64,000 nucleotides of DNA from Rhodobacterales bacterium (GTDB lineage Bacteria; Pseudomonadota; Alphaproteobacteria; Rhodobacterales; CAZPXZ01): assembly GCA_965217995.1 (NCBI GenBank), contig CBDCKB010000002.1, positions 40,385-104,384 of the forward strand. The letters run 5' to 3'. The translations under genes were made by a program, and so were the position numbers. Below the pieces are notes generated by a model. The model ran no database searches, was not told the origin of the DNA, and was given only the letters and a program-made list of their open reading frames with translations. Positions 61,987-64,000 of this stretch are shown one piece after another. Each line of letters opens with the position of its first letter. The stretch's first letter is position 1.

Positions 61987-64000
61987 ATCTGTGGCTGCCT
62001 ATTGGTGTCTGAGGGTGCCTAATGGTGCCTAATGATGCCTACAGGTATCTCAGGATACCTACTGGCGTCTGATGGTTCCTACTAGTTTCTGAGGGTGCCT
62101 ACTGGGGTCTATGGGCGCCTACTGGTGTCTGAGTTTGCCTAATTATCCTTACTGGTGTCTGAGTGTGCCTAATTATCCTTGCTGGTACCTGAGGGTGCCT
62201 ATGGGTGCCTACTGGTGTCTGAGAGTGCCTACTGGTGTCTGTGTGTGCCTGCTGGTGTCTGAGGATGCCTACTGGTGTCAAAGGGTGCCTAGTGGTGTCT
62301 GAGGGTGCCCACTGGTTTCTGTGGATGCCTACTGGTGTCACAGGGTGCCTACTTGTGTCTGAGGATGGCTACTGGTGTCTGTGGGTGCCTGCTGGTATCT
62401 GTGGATGCCTACTGGTGTCTGAGGATGCTAAATGTTGTCTGAAGATGCCTACTGGTGTGTGAGAGTGCCTATGTTTGTCTGAGGGTGACTACTGGAGCAG
62501 GAGGGTGCCTACTGGTGTCTGAGTGTGCCTAATTATCCTCACTGGTATCTGACGGTGCGTATGGGTGCCTACTGGTGTCTGAGTGTGCCTACTGGAGTCT
62601 GTGTGTGCCTGCTGGTGTCTGAGGAAGCCTACTGGTGTCAGAGGGTGCCTACTTGTGTCTGAGGGTGCCCACTGGTTTCTGAGGATGCCTACTGGTGTCC
62701 CAGGGTATTTACTTGTGTCTGAGGATGGCTACTGGTATCTATGGGTGCCTGCTGGTATCTGTGGGTGCCTGCTGGTATCTGTGGGTGCCTACTGGTATCA
62801 GAGGCTTCTAAATGGTGTCTGAGGATTCCTACTGGTGTGTGAGGGTACCTATGTGTGTCTGAGGGTGACTACTGGTGCAGGAGGGTGCCTATTGGTGTCT
62901 GAGTGTGCCTACTGGTGTCTGAGGGTGCTAAATGGTGCCTGAGAATGCGTGCTGGTGTGTGAGGGTGCCTATGTGTGTTTGAGGGTAACTACTGGTGCAG
63001 GAGGGTACCTACTGTTGTCTGAGTGTGCCTAATTATCCTTACTGGTGTCTGAGGGTACCTATGGGTGCCTTCTGGTATCTGAGTGTGCCTACTGGTGTCT
63101 GTATGTGCCTGCTGTTGTCTGAAGAAGCCTACTGGTGTCAGAGGGTACCTACTGGTGTCCGAGGGTGCCCACAGGTTTCTGAGGATGCCTACTGGTGTCA
63201 CAGGGTGCCTACTGCTGTCTTAGGGCACCTACTCGTGTCCGAGGGGGCCTAAAGGTACTTCAGGGCACCTACTGGTGCCTGTGGGTGGCTACTTGTATCT
63301 GAGGGTGACTACTGGTGCAGGAGGGTACCTACTGGTGTCTGAGTATGCCTAATTATCCTTACTGGTATCTGAGGGTGCCTATGGGTGCCTACTAGTGTCT
63401 GAGTGTGCCTACTGGTGTCTGTGTGTGCCTGCTGGTGATTGAAGAAGCCTACTGGTGTCAGAGGGTACCTACTGGTGTCCAAGAGTGCCCACTGGTTTCT
63501 GAGGATGCCTACTGGTGTCACAGGGTGACTACTTGTGTCTGAGGATGCCTACTGATGTCAGAGGGTACCTACTGGTATCTGAGGGTGCCCACTAGTGTCT
63601 TAGGGTGCCTACTGGATTCTGTGGGTGCCTTCTGGTGTCTGAGGATGCCTACTGGTGTCACAGGGTGACTACTTGTGTCTGTGGATACCTACTGTTGTCT
63701 TAGGGTGCGTACTGGTGTCTGTGGGTGCCTACTCGAGTCTGAGGGTACCTACTCGTATCTGAGGGTGCCTACAGGTGTTTCAGGGCACCTACTTGTGCCT
63801 GAGGTGCCTACTGGTGCCTGTGGGTGGTTACTGGTGTGTGAGGTGCCTACAGCTGCCTGTGGGTGCCTACTGGTGTCTGAAAGTGCCTACTGGCGCCTAC
63901 TAGTGTCTGAAGTGACCTATGGGTGCCTACTGTTATCTGAGGATGCCTACTGGTGTCTGTGGGTACCTACTGGTGTCTTAGGGTGCGTACTGGTGTCTGT
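61975..64000 (+). repeat. Satellite B, second forward array (runs off the window), with a variable 320-500 bp HOR at about 62100-63620
   Basis: The 20-bp units are as in 50815-54550. HOR markers: aattatcc at 62141, 62171, 62531, 63031 and 63351; actactgg.gcaggaggg at 62487, 62867, 62987 and 63307. Similar minus-strand ORF artefacts occur at 62099..62341, 62989..63201 and 63309..63521. Confidence 0.93.

Noticed and set aside
61776-62012. 78-codon plus-strand ORF spanning inverted C, J2 and the start of B. It could have been a gene at the only non-satellite spot.
   Set aside because: Most of it is the reverse complement of satellite C, and its end is satellite B. The homologous J1 region is not in an equivalent open frame (there the overlapping ORF, 50382..50777, is on the other strand and runs into satellite A).
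51183-63521. Cys/Trp/Gly-rich ORFs of 63-133 codons on both strands of satellite B (e.g. 51229..51630, 57006..57293, 58356..58613, 62099..62341)
   Set aside because: They are translations of the 20-bp repeat in rotating frames (the CLRVPTGV and PQTPVGT words recur). Their strand simply follows repeat polarity and they are bounded by chance stops in variant units.
50815-64000. G-quadruplex potential of satellite B (GGG once per unit), and i-motif or G4 potential of satellite A (CCC/GGG once per 41 bp)
   Set aside because: G-runs are only 3 nt long and are separated by 17-nt (B) or 38-nt (A) loops, far from canonical G4 spacing.
1-64000. Any prokaryotic-style novel system (defence island, toxin-antitoxin, operon), tRNA or rRNA genes, promoters or terminators
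   Set aside because: No non-repetitive coding sequence exists in the window. The only non-satellite DNA is two 71-bp junction copies, and nothing resembles structured RNA genes or regulatory elements that I could defend.

Overview
The whole 64-kb window is tandem-repeat (satellite) DNA of the kind found in eukaryotic heterochromatin. I can support no protein-coding gene, rRNA, tRNA, CRISPR array, operon or defence-type system. Layout: (A) 1-50699 is one uninterrupted, single-polarity array of a 41-bp monomer (CTGTAACCACTCGGTAACCTGCTGTAACCTGCTGTAACCCA, four 10/11-bp GTAACC sub-repeats). It is organised into domains with kb-scale higher-order repeats (HORs) of about 99-100% identity: exact offsets of 2337, 2661 and 2171 bp, plus a variable 1.36-2.96 kb family. 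(C fragment) 50700-50753. (J1) 50754-50824 is a 71-bp non-satellite junction. (B+) about 50815-54550 is a 20-bp satellite (TGGTGTCTGAGGGTGCCTAC). A head-to-head polarity switch lies at 54550/54551. (B-) 54551-59322. (C+) 59323 to about 61745 is an A-rich ~90-bp satellite in two 1.1-1.3 kb HOR copies. (C-) about 61746-61915 is an inverted C segment. (J2) 61916-61986 is a second copy of the junction (63/71 identical). (B+) continues to 64000. Every ORF in the supplied track is explained by stop-free frames of these repeats. The most interesting structure is the B locus. It has a conserved terminal junction (J), B arrays that start exactly at J, inverted B arms abutting without a spacer, and two J copies flanked by complementary halves of a C monomer sharing an 8-mer. 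This resembles a foldback-type transposon inserted into satellite C, but it is incomplete and remains a hypothesis. The source organism cannot be determined from the sequence alone.
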